Positions 8,273-18,098 are shown, counted from the stretch's first letter. The stretch: 64,000 nucleotides of DNA from an uncultured Acidobacteriota bacterium (GCA_963828465.1 CAWHEU010000022.1:128001-192000); one strand, 5' to 3'. Translations and numbers: made by a program. Notes: generated by a model not told the origin, from the letters alone.

Positions 8273-9331
8273 CTAACGCTTCTTCCCCAGGTGCCCCCAA
8301 CGCTCGAGGTCCTCCATGGTGTCGAGGATGGTCTGATCGACATCCCGGAAGTCCAACCCCAACTCCTTTCGGGCCTTTGAGTTGTCGAATCGCATTTCCC
8401 CACCGAGATGGTTCCTCATGTAGTCCCGGGTCCCCGGTGCCTGGAAACTGGCGGCTATGCGTGTGAGAGCAACACCAACCGCGTTGTCGAGACCGATCGT
8501 CGGCAGCTTGTAGCGGTCACCCCAGCCTTCCGATCGAAGGAGGGCGACGACCTGACGGACGGTCCGGGTCTCGGCAGCGACGATGTATCTCCCGGCGGCG
8601 ACCGGGTTCTCCATTGCGAGGATGTGCGCCCGAGCCACGTCTCGCACATCCACCAATGCCCATTCCAGGGCTATCACCGCCGGGATGCTCCCGTTGGTCA
8701 AGCCGATCAAGGAGGTGTGACTGGTGTTGATCCCCGGGACCAGAGAAGGGCCGATGACGAAGAACGGGTTGATGACCACCAGGTCGAATCGGGATTTGCC
8801 GGCCTCCACGAACTGCCAGGCCGCCTGCTCGGCCAGTGTCTTCGAGTAGTAGTAGGGATTTCGGGTCAACGAGGAACGGGTGTTCCAATCGCTCTCCGTA
8901 TTGAGATGCCCGTCTGCGTGGTCGGTTATCGCCGCCACCGATGAGGTAAGGACCACCCTTCTCATCGAATCGGTCTCCCGACATGACTCCAGCACGGAGA
9001 TCGTCCCGCGCACTGCCGGATCGACCAGGTCCCGCTGGGGGTCGGCGACGTCGATCGCGTACGGCGAGGCCGTGTGGATCACATACTCACAATCTCGAAC
9101 TGCGTCGCCGAACGCACCTTTGGTGAGGAGATCGGCGGCGGTCAACTCGAGTCGCTCGTCGGCTCCTGGCAGACCGGTCAGGTGTCCTTCCGCTCTGATC
9201 TTCACCGGATCCCGCACGGTGCCCCGGACCCGGTAGCCGCCTTCGAGCAGTTGCTCGACGATGTGGGATGCGATGAAACCAGACGCTCCGGTGACGAGGA
9301 CCGGGGAGTCCGTGACCGGGTCAGCGGTCAT
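8273..9331 (-). CDS. NAD-dependent epimerase/dehydratase (aldehyde reductase/DFR-like extended SDR)
   Basis: VLVTGASGFIASH, HTASP, VVLTSSVAA and YYYSKTLAE. Start moved to the ATG at 9331. Confidence 0.92.
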   Translation of the reverse strand: MTADPVTDSPVLVTGASGFIASHIVEQLLEGGYRVRGTVRDPVKIRAEGHLTGLPGADERLELTAADLLTKGAFGDAVRDCEYVIHTASPYAIDVADPQRDLVDPAVRGTISVLESCRETDSMRRVVLTSSVAAITDHADGHLNTESDWNTRSSLTRNPYYYSKTLAEQAAWQFVEAGKSRFDLVVINPFFVIGPSLVPGINTSHTSLIGLTNGSIPAVIALEWALVDVRDVARAHILAMENPVAAGRYIVAAETRTVRQVVALLRSEGWGDRYKLPTIGLDNAVGVALTRIAASFQAPGTRDYMRNHLGGEMRFDNSKARKELGLDFRDVDQTILDTMEDLERWGHLGKKR

Positions 9332-9338
9332 GAGATGA

Positions 9339-9965
9339 TCAGTCGCCGTGGGCCCGGTCGTCGGCTCCCCGCCCCACGACGAACCAGATGGCGTGGACCG
9401 GCTCATCACCCATGTTGAAGAGTCGGTGGGGCTCCGTGGAGTCGAATGCGATCGAATCACCGGGCTCCAGCTCCAGCAGTTCGAAACCCAGCTGGATCCC
9501 CATCTTCCCCGAGACGACATAGCCGTATTCCCGACCATGATGTCGCATCAATGACTCGTCGGGGGTTGAGGCTCCGCCCACCTCGTAGATGGCGTGGAGG
9601 AAGTCGACCCCCTCCTCGGTGTCTGCAGTGAGCTGCTCCCATCGGACTCCGGACGCGAGGTCGATCACTTTGCGCATTTCGGGGTGGACCAATGGGCTTC
9701 CGCGGCCATTGTTCCCGGTTGAGCCGGCCACGCCATCGTCTCGACCTGCGTTCTCATCGCCACGAAGGAGCTTGTCCAGCGAGAGATCGAGCTCGGTCAC
9801 GATGGCGTACAGGGTTCCTACCGAGGGCTTGGAGAGACCGCTCTCCAGTTGGGAGATGAGGCTGGCCGACAGACCGAGACGTCGCGCCAACTCCCGTTGG
9901 CTGATCCCGGCCTTTGTCCGCTCGGCGCGGAGCCGGCCGCCTATGCCGTCCAGTTCCTCGGTCAT
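9339..9965 (-). CDS. XRE family HTH regulator with cupin sensor (PuuR-like architecture)
   Basis: SQRELARRLGLSASLISQLESG HTH; cupin motifs HHGREYGYVVSG and GDSIAFDSTEPH. Confidence 0.92.
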   Translation of the reverse strand: MTEELDGIGGRLRAERTKAGISQRELARRLGLSASLISQLESGLSKPSVGTLYAIVTELDLSLDKLLRGDENAGRDDGVAGSTGNNGRGSPLVHPEMRKVIDLASGVRWEQLTADTEEGVDFLHAIYEVGGASTPDESLMRHHGREYGYVVSGKMGIQLGFELLELEPGDSIAFDSTEPHRLFNMGDEPVHAIWFVVGRGADDRAHGD

Positions 9966-9986
9966 CTCCAGATCACCTGCATCCGC

Positions 9987-10679
9987 CTACATCATCAGCC
10001 AGCCGCTATCGACATAGAGGTTCACTCCGTTGACCGACCGGTTCTCCAGCAGGAACACGGTCGCGTCGACCACGTCTTCCATGGTGGCCAGACGCCCCGT
10101 GGGAGTGCGGGCAATGACAGCGTCAAGCGACTTGTCTTTCCAGTACGGGCTGTCTCCAACTATCCCGGGATGGACGGCGTTGAACCTGATCGGTGCCAGC
10201 TCGACAGCGAAGGTGGTGATCATGGTGGCGACCGCGCCGTTGACTGCGGTCACCGTGGTCGAGCCTGGATAGGGACGGTCCTTGGCTCGCCCCCCGAAGA
10301 GGACGACGGCGCTCTCGTCGGAAAACCGATCGAGGAGGGTGTGGATGACCTCGGTGTACCCGACCAGCTTCATCGTCGCCAGACTGGCAGCGCTCTCAAC
10401 GTCGTACTCGCGCACCGGGTTGTTGTCTCGGGCTATGGCACACAGAACCAGCTTGTCTACGGAGCCCACCTCGGCGAGGGCAGAACCGATGGTCTCGGGA
10501 TGGGCCAGGTCGAAGCATTGGCCAATGCACTCGCCGCCCAGCTCGGAGGCGACCACCTCCGCGTTGCCGGGATCGAGGCCGGTGATTATGACTTCACGTC
10601 CCTTTTCCACGTAGTGAGCAGCAATCTCGCGGCCGATACCACCGGTGCCGCCAACGATCAACACTGTCCCATCGGCCAT
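9987..10679 (-). CDS. SDR family oxidoreductase (atypical, no YxxxK)
   Basis: VGGTGGIG, ELAPIRFNAVHPG and GVNLYVDSG. AGGAG RBS before the ATG at 10679. Confidence 0.88.
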   Translation of the reverse strand: MADGTVLIVGGTGGIGREIAAHYVEKGREVIITGLDPGNAEVVASELGGECIGQCFDLAHPETIGSALAEVGSVDKLVLCAIARDNNPVREYDVESAASLATMKLVGYTEVIHTLLDRFSDESAVVLFGGRAKDRPYPGSTTVTAVNGAVATMITTFAVELAPIRFNAVHPGIVGDSPYWKDKSLDAVIARTPTGRLATMEDVVDATVFLLENRSVNGVNLYVDSGWLMM

Positions 10680-10736
10680 CGATCTGCTCCTGTAGGTGGT
10701 GAAGTGCGGAGATCCTAACGCTCCACCGGGTGCCAC

Positions 10737-10755
10737 TGTGCAGTGAGACTGAGCA
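10737..10755. promoter_or_regulatory. putative XRE-cupin operator 1
   Basis: TGTGCAGT-GAG-ACTGAGCA imperfect palindrome; near-identical copy at 12032-12050. Confidence 0.55.
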
Positions 10756-10815
10756 CTGTCGGCTGTCGTGGGTAGTCTGCGCCACCCGCCTGCAGCGGTG
10801 CTAGGAGGATGCCGG

Positions 10816-12017
10816 TTGGCCTACGACGTCTGCATCATCGGAGCCGGCCTCGTCGGCCTCGGTGTGGCGCGTGCCCTGAGCGAGAGCCATCCCGGCATTG
10901 GCATCGTCATCGTGGACAAGGAAGCGATGGTGGCGGCTCACCAGAGCAGCCACAACAGCGGAGTCGTCCACTCCGGGCTCTACTACCGGCCAGGCTCGCT
11001 CAAGGCGCGTCTCTGCGTCGAGGGCAGACGCCGGCTGAAGGACTACTGCGCTGTGACGGGCATAGCTTTCGAAGAGTCGGGGAAGTTGGTGATCGCAACC
11101 AAGCCATCCGAGCTCGAGCCCCTGGCCGAACTGGAGCGGCGAGGGAGGGCGAACGGCCTCTCCGGACTGACCCGAGTCGATGGCGAGGCGATTCGAGAAT
11201 TGGAACCGGCCGCCGCGGGGCTCGAGGCGCTTCACGTTCCTGAGGCAGGTGTGGTCGACTTCCCGGCGGTGGCGACCCGATTGGCCCGCGATCTGCTCGA
11301 TGACGGCGCCCACATCCGTACCGAATTCGGGGTGGAAACCATCGAGCATCACGAGGGCGGGGCCGGCATTCGTTCGGCGGATCAAGAGATTCAGGCCAAG
11401 GTCGTGGTCAACTGCGCCGGTCTTCACTCCGATCTGGTCGCTGCCCTGGCCGGGGTGCAAAGCCAGGTGAGGATCGTGCCATTCCGCGGCGAGTACTACA
11501 CGCTCGGGCCCGAGGCGAGGCATCTCGTCCGCGGGCTGATCTATCCGGTGCCCGATCCACGATTTCCGTTCCTGGGAGTGCACTTCACTCGCAGGATCGA
11601 CGGCAGCGTCGAGGTCGGGCCTAACGCTGTGCTGGCCGTCGGTCGCGAGCACTATCGCGACGCCGAGCCCGATTGGGGCGAACTCCGCCGGACCATTGGG
11701 GACCGCGGTTTTCGTCGATTAGTGATGAAGCACTGGCGCACAGGCGCCACCGAGATGATCAGATCCCGGTCACGTTCGTTGTACGCACGATCGGCACAAG
11801 CCCTCGTGCCGGCGATCCGCCCCGAGCATCTGATCCCCGGGGGGCGGGAATCAGGGCTCAAGCCGTCTCTCCCGATGGTGCGCTGCTCGACGATTTCGTC
11901 ATCGAGGAGGCCGGGTCGACGGTCCACGTGCTCAATGCGCCATCGCCAGGGGCAACCGCGAGCATGGCGATCGGGGCACATGTCGCGGCCATCGCGGCAC
12001 GGCATCTGGGCAGGTGA
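10816..12017 (+). CDS. lhgO: L-2-hydroxyglutarate oxidase-like FAD enzyme, frameshifted at the G6 run 11839-11844
   Basis: [21 protein letters not shown] and PFLGVHFT. The C-terminal GIRAQA...DDF...[10 protein letters not shown] lies in another frame ending at 12017. AGGAGG then TTG start. Confidence 0.85.
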
Positions 12018-12031
12018 GGCCGGGTGCAAAG

Positions 12032-12050
12032 TGTGTAGTGTCACTAAGCA
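12032..12050. promoter_or_regulatory. putative XRE-cupin operator 2
   Basis: TGTGTAGT-GTC-ACTAAGCA upstream of the M24 gene; matches the 10737 site. Confidence 0.55.
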
Positions 12051-12104
12051 CGGTGAGTGTGCGGCGGATTCGAGGATGCCAGCAGGAATGACAAGGAGAC
12101 ATCG

Positions 12105-13361
12105 ATGAACGTTGAGTTCCCGGTAGCCACCAGCCCCGCTCCCGGCGTGATCGGAGTCGATTGGGAGACCAGGGTCGACTTCGAGCGTCTTCGCCAGCAT
12201 CGCATCGCTCGCACCAGGCAATTGATGGCGCAAGAGGACCTCGGGGCGCTACTCCTCTTTGAGACGTCGAACATACGGTATGCCACTTCGACGCAGATCG
12301 GCTACTGGGCCTTCAACAAGGGCGAGCGCTATGCCCTCGTGACCCAAGAGGGGCGGCCTCGCATCTGGGATTTCGGTTCGGCGGCGAAAGCACACCGCCT
12401 CCAGTTGCCCCATATGTACGACTCCACGAATTCCGTCGGAGGCAACACGGGTTTGCAGGGGGCGATAGGGCCCGAGGCAGGCCTCCATTCACGTGCTGCG
12501 GCTGAGCTGAAGCAGGTCCTCGAGGCAGAAGGACTCGCCGGGGAGCGGATTGGCGTGGATATGGCCGAGACCGGTGTGTTCCTTGCATTGCAGGCCGAAG
12601 GTCTCAATGTGGTCGACGGCCAGCAGGCGATGATGAAGGCGCGCGAGATCAAGAGCCCGGATGAGATCATCCTCCTCACCCAGGCTTGTGCCATGGTCGA
12701 CGGCGTCTATCAGGACATCTTCGAGGCCTTGAAGCCGGGGATCCGCGAGTCCGACGTGGTCGGTCTCGCACACGCCCGTCTCTTCCAGATGGGCTCGGAG
12801 TTCGTCGAGGCGATCAACTCGATCGCCGGAGAGAGATGCAGCCCGCACCCGCATGTCTTCTCCGACCGATTGATCCGACCGGGCGACCAGGCATATTTCG
12901 ACATCATCCACGTCTTCAATGGGTATCGCACTTGCTATTACCGCACCTTCGCGGTGGGTCGGGCCACCCAGGCCCAGCGGGACGCCTTCAAGCAGTCGCG
13001 GGAGTGGATGGATGCCGCCATCGACCTGGTCAAGCCAGGTGCCAGCACCGACGAGATCGCCAAGGTGTGGCCCAAGGCCGAGGAATTCGGTTTCGAGAAC
13101 GAGATGGATGCCTTTGGGCTCCAATTCGGCCATGGGGTAGGAGTCGGTCTCCACGAACGGCCGATCATCAGCCGTCTCAACTCCATCGATGCCCCGATCG
13201 AGATCCAGGAGGGCATGGTGTTCGCCCTCGAGACCTACGCACCGGCTGCCGACGGGCGGTCCGCGGCCCGCATCGAAGAAGAGCTCGTCGTGACCGCCGA
13301 CGGCTCCAAGATCATCACGCTCTTCCCCTGCGAGGAGCTGATGGTCGCCAACGCCTACTGA
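12105..13361 (+). CDS. Xaa-Pro peptidase/creatinase (M24) family protein
   Basis: NIRYAT, REIKSPDEI, GHGVGVGLHERP, GMVFALET and RIEE. AAGGAG RBS. Confidence 0.9.
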   Translation: MNVEFPVATSPAPGVIGVDWETRVDFERLRQHRIARTRQLMAQEDLGALLLFETSNIRYATSTQIGYWAFNKGERYALVTQEGRPRIWDFGSAAKAHRLQLPHMYDSTNSVGGNTGLQGAIGPEAGLHSRAAAELKQVLEAEGLAGERIGVDMAETGVFLALQAEGLNVVDGQQAMMKAREIKSPDEIILLTQACAMVDGVYQDIFEALKPGIRESDVVGLAHARLFQMGSEFVEAINSIAGERCSPHPHVFSDRLIRPGDQAYFDIIHVFNGYRTCYYRTFAVGRATQAQRDAFKQSREWMDAAIDLVKPGASTDEIAKVWPKAEEFGFENEMDAFGLQFGHGVGVGLHERPIISRLNSIDAPIEIQEGMVFALETYAPAADGRSAARIEEELVVTADGSKIITLFPCEELMVANAY

Positions 13362-13392
13362 GCCGCGTTTCGAGGCTGCTTAGGCTGTCTCG

Positions 13393-14103
13393 ATGAAACT
13401 GGCCCCGTCGCTACATCGCATTGGCTCCGACCTGGTCGCCGTCTATCTGGTCGAGGACGAGACCGGAGTGACCATCGTCGACGCCGGGCTCCCCGGGCAT
13501 TGGGACGAGCTCGAGCCCGAACTGACCTCGATGGGTCGCTCGCTCGACGACGTTCGTGGCGTGATATTGACCCATGGCGACACCGACCACATCGGGTTCG
13601 CGGAGCGGATACGTCGGGAGCGAGGAGTGCCCATCTTGGTCCACGAGCTCGATGCCACCCGGGCCCGCGGTGAGGTGAAAAAGGAGATTTCGTGGGGCAA
13701 GGTGAAGGTGGGTCCGCTGATGCGCTTCCTCTCATATACCGCCCGTCATGGCGGATTGAAGATCACCCCGGTCTCTGAGGTGGCCACTTTCACCGATGGT
13801 GAGGTCCTCGACCTGCCCGGCACTCCCGCCGTGATCCACATCCCCGGTCACACCCCCGGCAGCGTCGCCTTCCATTTCGCCTCGGCCGAGGCGGTCTGCG
13901 TCGGAGACTCGATGACGACAGGACACGTCCTGACCGGGGCCGTTGGGCCCCAACCGGCTCCCTTCACGCTCGACAGCGAGCAGGCACGTGCCTCACTCGA
14001 TCGGCTCGAAGCGGTACCGGCGAAATGGGTGCTCCCCGGGCACGGTGCGCCCTGGGGAGAGGGTGTGACCGAGGCGGTCCGTCTCATCCGGGAGGCCGCA
14101 TAG
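13393..14103 (+). CDS. MBL fold metallo-hydrolase
   Basis: THGDTDHIG, PGHTPGS, GD and PGHG motifs. Leaderless TAGGCT-N6-ATG. Confidence 0.93.
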   Translation: MKLAPSLHRIGSDLVAVYLVEDETGVTIVDAGLPGHWDELEPELTSMGRSLDDVRGVILTHGDTDHIGFAERIRRERGVPILVHELDATRARGEVKKEISWGKVKVGPLMRFLSYTARHGGLKITPVSEVATFTDGEVLDLPGTPAVIHIPGHTPGSVAFHFASAEAVCVGDSMTTGHVLTGAVGPQPAPFTLDSEQARASLDRLEAVPAKWVLPGHGAPWGEGVTEAVRLIREAA

Positions 14104-14112
14104 GCTGTCGTC

Positions 14113-15208
14113 ATGAGGCGTTCGTGGTTGACGCTGATCATGATGCCGGTCCTGGCCTGCACCGCCACGACCGGCGAGACCACCCTGGCCCCGACCACGA
14201 CACCGCCACCCATCGTCTACGGCGGTCAGGGTCCAGGAGACCACAACGGTTGCGAGCACGGTTCCCGAGACCACCACTCCGACAACGCAGCCGGTGGCCA
14301 TCGTCCCCGAGGACCTCATGCTGGAGTCGTTCCCGGTCCCGGCGGGATCTGGCCCCCATGACGTAGCGCCGGCTCTCGATGGAGGTGTCTGGTACACCGC
14401 GCAGGACACCGGGGAGCTGGGCTGGCTCGACCCCTCCACCGGCCAGACGAGACACACAGTGTTGGGAGAGGGCTCGGCGCCGCACGGTGTGATCATCGAC
14501 GAAGCAGGCACTGCCTGGGTCACCGACGGTGGGCTCAACGCCATCGTCGCTGTCGACCCGGTGAGTCTCGAGGTGACGGTGTACCCGCTGCCTGACGACC
14601 GCCTCGATGCCAATCTCAACACGGCCAGCTTCGACGGTGATGGCATGTTGTGGTTCACCGGACAGGACGGGATCTATGGCTGCGTTGACCCGGACACCGG
14701 TGAGTTGATCGTGTTCGACGCCCCGGAAGGTGCGGGACCGTATGGCGTAACGACCACTCCTGATGGCGTCGTCTACTACGCCTCACTTGCAGGGTCTCAT
14801 ATCGCTCGGATCGAGAGCGACCGGACTGCCACCGTAATCGAGCCCCCTACTCCCGACCAGGGAGCGCGTCGCGTGTGGTCCGACTCGCAGGGCCGGGTCT
14901 GGGTCAGTGAGTGGAATTCAGGGAACCTGAGCCGGTATACGCCGGACACCGACACCTGGGACACATGGCACCTGCCGGGCAACGCCCCAGAGACCTACGC
15001 CGTCTTCGTCGACGACAAAGACATCGTTTGGGCCAGCGATTTCGGGTCGAATTCGATGGTCCGCTTCGATCCAACCACCGAAGAGTTCCACACCTATGTG
15101 CTGCCCCACGACCCCGGGAACGTCCGCCAGATCCTGGGCCGGCCCGGAGAGGTGTGGTTCCCCGAGTCAGCCGCCGACAACCTGATCGTGATCAGAACCA
15201 GCGGCTGA
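14113..15208 (+). CDS. Vgb (virginiamycin B lyase)-like beta-propeller lipoprotein, frameshifted near 14205-14215
   Basis: Lipoprotein signal (VLAC) in the 14113 frame. Thr-rich linker and Vgb motifs (GPHDVAP, GSAPHGVI, QGARRVWSDS, NVRQILGR) in the +1 frame. Confidence 0.8.
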
Positions 15209-15285
15209 TCGGTTTCCGTTGTATCAGGGTTGGCTCGATCGCCTCTCACCCGGGTGCAAGGTGAACACGAAGAGGAGAGGACGAG

Positions 15286-15345
15286 ATGAGCTCTTATCTG
15301 AACGAGGCGCTGGCCTTCGAGAAGATGCAGCGCGTCATGCCCTAG
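15286..15345 (+). CDS. candidate 19-aa small ORF (MSSYLNEALAFEKMQRVMP)
   Basis: GAGGAGAGG RBS upstream; lies in an intergenic gap. Confidence 0.35.
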   Translation: MSSYLNEALAFEKMQRVMP

Positions 15346-15403
15346 CTGCTGGTACCGGTGGAAGCACTGTGGTGCCCGGCGATACGAAGGAGTGCCGGCG
15401 CCG

Positions 15404-15808
15404 CTACCAGGAGCGAATGCGGTCGATGGTGATGCGGATCAGGGCGGAGTAGTCATCGGCGAATTGGTCCGGGACCCATCCGAGACGGCTGATCTCCCCG
15501 CTGTACTTGTCGAGGTAGGCGGGATCGCGATGTGGCGGGGTCGGAGACTCGACCACCTCTGCGGTGCCCTCGAAGGTGGCCATCGTGTCTCCCACCTCGT
15601 CGCCACGGAGGTTGAAAGCAACCTTGGGGTTCACGGCGATGTTGTCCAGCTTGGTGGCGTCCGGCCGGCTGTAGACCAGCAGATCGTCGCCGTCGCGCAG
15701 GAACCAGACGACGGAGCTCTGCGGCTGGCCGTCGAGCGTGACTGTCGTCAGCCAGCCCACGAGCTCGTCGTCCAGCCGGGTGGCCAACTCGGGTCGTGTG
15801 TCGAGCAT
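15404..15808 (-). CDS. PPOX class F420-dependent oxidoreductase (TIGR03667-like)
   Basis: VGWLTTV..DGQPQSSVVWF, KLDNIAVNPKV, AYLDKY and FADDYS. Leaderless TAGCTT-N6-ATG. Confidence 0.88.
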   Translation of the reverse strand: MLDTRPELATRLDDELVGWLTTVTLDGQPQSSVVWFLRDGDDLLVYSRPDATKLDNIAVNPKVAFNLRGDEVGDTMATFEGTAEVVESPTPPHRDPAYLDKYSGEISRLGWVPDQFADDYSALIRITIDRIRSW

Positions 15809-15817
15809 CGCGGCAAG

Positions 15818-17182
15818 CTAGCGAGTCGAGCCGAGGACGCCGATGGGCCCGATCATGTCCAGAAACTCACGGTTCTCTGCAGTGGCCAGCACCTCACCGG
15901 AGCCTAGGTCGATGGCGTCGACACGCTGCATTCCAAGCCAGGTAAACGCGTACGCCACGCCTGCGTCCTGGTTGAAGGTGATCGTGTAGCTCTCGTCGAA
16001 GTCCTCCGGCTCATGGTGAGCCAGCGAGGTGAGATCGCTGGCATCGAGCAAGAAGAGACCGCTCGAATTCGCTCGAGACACAGCCGCCCCCTCCTCGGTC
16101 TCGTAACCGAATGCCACCAATCGATCACCGGCCGGGGAGAGATAGATGTCCGAGATCGGAGCATCGGTGCGAGCCACGACTTCCCAGGTGGCGGTATCGA
16201 TGGCGAGGACTCCCACGGGTGACGTCGTGACGGACCAGTCGTCATCGTCCTCGATGAGGGTGACGTCGGCATTGGACACGTAGAGGACCCGGCCGTCGGG
16301 GCTCAGAGCGCTCCATCTCCGCGTGCCGGTGGAAGGGTCGGCTCCGAATCCTGAAAAGGTGTGTTCGGTCACCAAACCCGAGCTGACATCGACCTGAGTC
16401 ACCACGTCCTCGTTGGCATGCACTGCGAGCAGTCGATTCGCGTCCCGATCCCAAGAAAACGAAGGAGAGTTGTAGAGATACCCCGCCCATGGACCCTGAC
16501 TGACCGGGTCGACCGCGCCGACGCGTACTTGCGGAAGGTCGATCTGAGTCACCTGGCCGGTGGCCGGGTCGACGATGCTGACGAATGCCTCCTGAGCGCC
16601 ATCGGAGTTGATCGACCGTGTTCCGACGAAATTGAAGCGTTCATCGATCGATGCCTCGGGGCCCACCCAGCTCGAGAACCCGGAAGGTAGGTCGGCGACG
16701 ATTTGGGAGGTCGTTTCGCCCGGGCTTACGCGACGAACCTGTTCGCCTCGGAGGAAATAGAGAGTCGCATCGTCAGTGGCATGAATCTCGGAGTCGGCAT
16801 ACTCGGCCCACGACTCAACCTGCTCCCATTCCTCCACATCGATGAGCCGGATCTCGTTGAGGCCGTTGTCGTGACTCACCGTTGCGGCGAAGTACCTGTG
16901 GCTGGGCGACGGTCGATGACCCCAGAACCAGTCGCCCATCGGGATTGGCTCGAAGCCCGGCGTTGGTTCGAGCGTGCGAGGGTCGACGCGCTGGATCACG
17001 ACCCTTTCGACATCGAGGGTCGTCGTGGGCGCCGGCTGTGTGGTGGTCGACCGCCCGATCGTTGGTGTTGGGGCGAAGGCATCAGGCGGGGCGGTCGGTT
17101 GTGGTGGCGAGGCCGATTCCGTGCACGCCGCAATGGCCATGACCAAGGCGACAAGTAAGGCCAATCCTCGGCGTGACGCCAT
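15818..17182 (-). CDS. hypothetical lipoprotein, probable beta-propeller
   Basis: IAAC lipobox, Pro/Thr linker, SPDGRVLYV and IDTATWEVV blade repeats. Confidence 0.8.
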   Translation of the reverse strand: MASRRGLALLVALVMAIAACTESASPPQPTAPPDAFAPTPTIGRSTTTQPAPTTTLDVERVVIQRVDPRTLEPTPGFEPIPMGDWFWGHRPSPSHRYFAATVSHDNGLNEIRLIDVEEWEQVESWAEYADSEIHATDDATLYFLRGEQVRRVSPGETTSQIVADLPSGFSSWVGPEASIDERFNFVGTRSINSDGAQEAFVSIVDPATGQVTQIDLPQVRVGAVDPVSQGPWAGYLYNSPSFSWDRDANRLLAVHANEDVVTQVDVSSGLVTEHTFSGFGADPSTGTRRWSALSPDGRVLYVSNADVTLIEDDDDWSVTTSPVGVLAIDTATWEVVARTDAPISDIYLSPAGDRLVAFGYETEEGAAVSRANSSGLFLLDASDLTSLAHHEPEDFDESYTITFNQDAGVAYAFTWLGMQRVDAIDLGSGEVLATAENREFLDMIGPIGVLGSTR

Positions 17183-17337
17183 GTGGTTGCTCCCTCATCA
17201 GAGCGTATCAACGACGGCCCCACTCCGTGCGTCACACGGCTGGACCGATCTCTGTTGAACGGCAGTCGGCCTCCTGGCGTTCGGAGAGCGTTAACGGTCG
17301 CCAATTAGGGTGCCAGGGCAGACCAAAGGAGGTCCTG

Positions 17338-18009
17338 TTGCGCAAGAGCACGCTTATTGCCGTCTTGGTGGTGGGCACACTGCTCGTCCCGGTGGCGGTT
17401 TTCGCCTCACACTCGTTCAACGACGTGCCGGACGATCACACGTTCCACGACGCCATCGCCTGGATGAAGGACAACGGCGTCACGGTGGGCTGTAACCCGC
17501 CGTCCAACACCAACTACTGCCCCGAAGACAACGTGACCCGAGCCCAGATGGCGGCGTTCATGCGGCGCCTCGCCGAGAACCAGGTAGTGGATGCCAAGAC
17601 ATCGATCGTTGCGGGCACCGCACACGAGGCGACGCGCAGTGAGTTAGTCACTGTGACAGGCACGAGTTCGGGGACAGCCACCTCGATCGCAACCCTTACA
17701 GATCTCCCCGCCGGGGCCTACGTCGTGAGTGGCACATGGGTTGCCACCGCGCACGGACCGGCCGCAGGAGGGCGGGTGATCTGCAACCTGACCGCCGGCG
17801 CCTCGACCGGAAGAGCAATCGCCTCCATTTTGAACCCCGGTACGGGCCAGGAGAGCATGGCCAGCGTGCTCACCGGCACCCTCGCTGTTGGGGACGCGGT
17901 GAACCTCAGCTGCTGGACCGAGGGCCTGACGGGCTCGATCAGCGTCAGCTCGACCCGCGTGGTCGCCCATCCAGTCATGGCAGTGGAATCGGTCGCGGTC
18001 AGCTCATAA
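17338..18009 (+). CDS. secreted S-layer homology (SLH) domain protein with C-terminal beta-sandwich
   Basis: AGGAGG then TTG start; signal peptide; FNDVPDDHTFHDAIAWM...YCPEDNVTRAQMAAFMRR. Confidence 0.85.
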   Translation: MRKSTLIAVLVVGTLLVPVAVFASHSFNDVPDDHTFHDAIAWMKDNGVTVGCNPPSNTNYCPEDNVTRAQMAAFMRRLAENQVVDAKTSIVAGTAHEATRSELVTVTGTSSGTATSIATLTDLPAGAYVVSGTWVATAHGPAAGGRVICNLTAGASTGRAIASILNPGTGQESMASVLTGTLAVGDAVNLSCWTEGLTGSISVSSTRVVAHPVMAVESVAVSS

Positions 18010-18066
18010 ATGACGCGGGATCTGGTCCGGATGCTGCGGCAAACGCCCCATCAGATCCCAGCCAGA

Positions 18067-18098
18067 CAGAGGGCCTCATCGGGTGATGGGGCTCTCTG
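18067..18098 (+). terminator. 14-bp hairpin between convergent genes
   Basis: CAGAGGGCCTCATC-GGGT-GATGGGGCTCTCTG. The G-U pairs favour the + strand; no clear U tract. Confidence 0.6.

Noticed and set aside
8273-9538. Extended N-termini in the ORF track (also 28461-29867, 29621-30958, 33931-35493, 62779-63438)
   Set aside because: The extensions overlap neighbouring genes; starts were reassigned using RBS or leaderless signals and domain boundaries.
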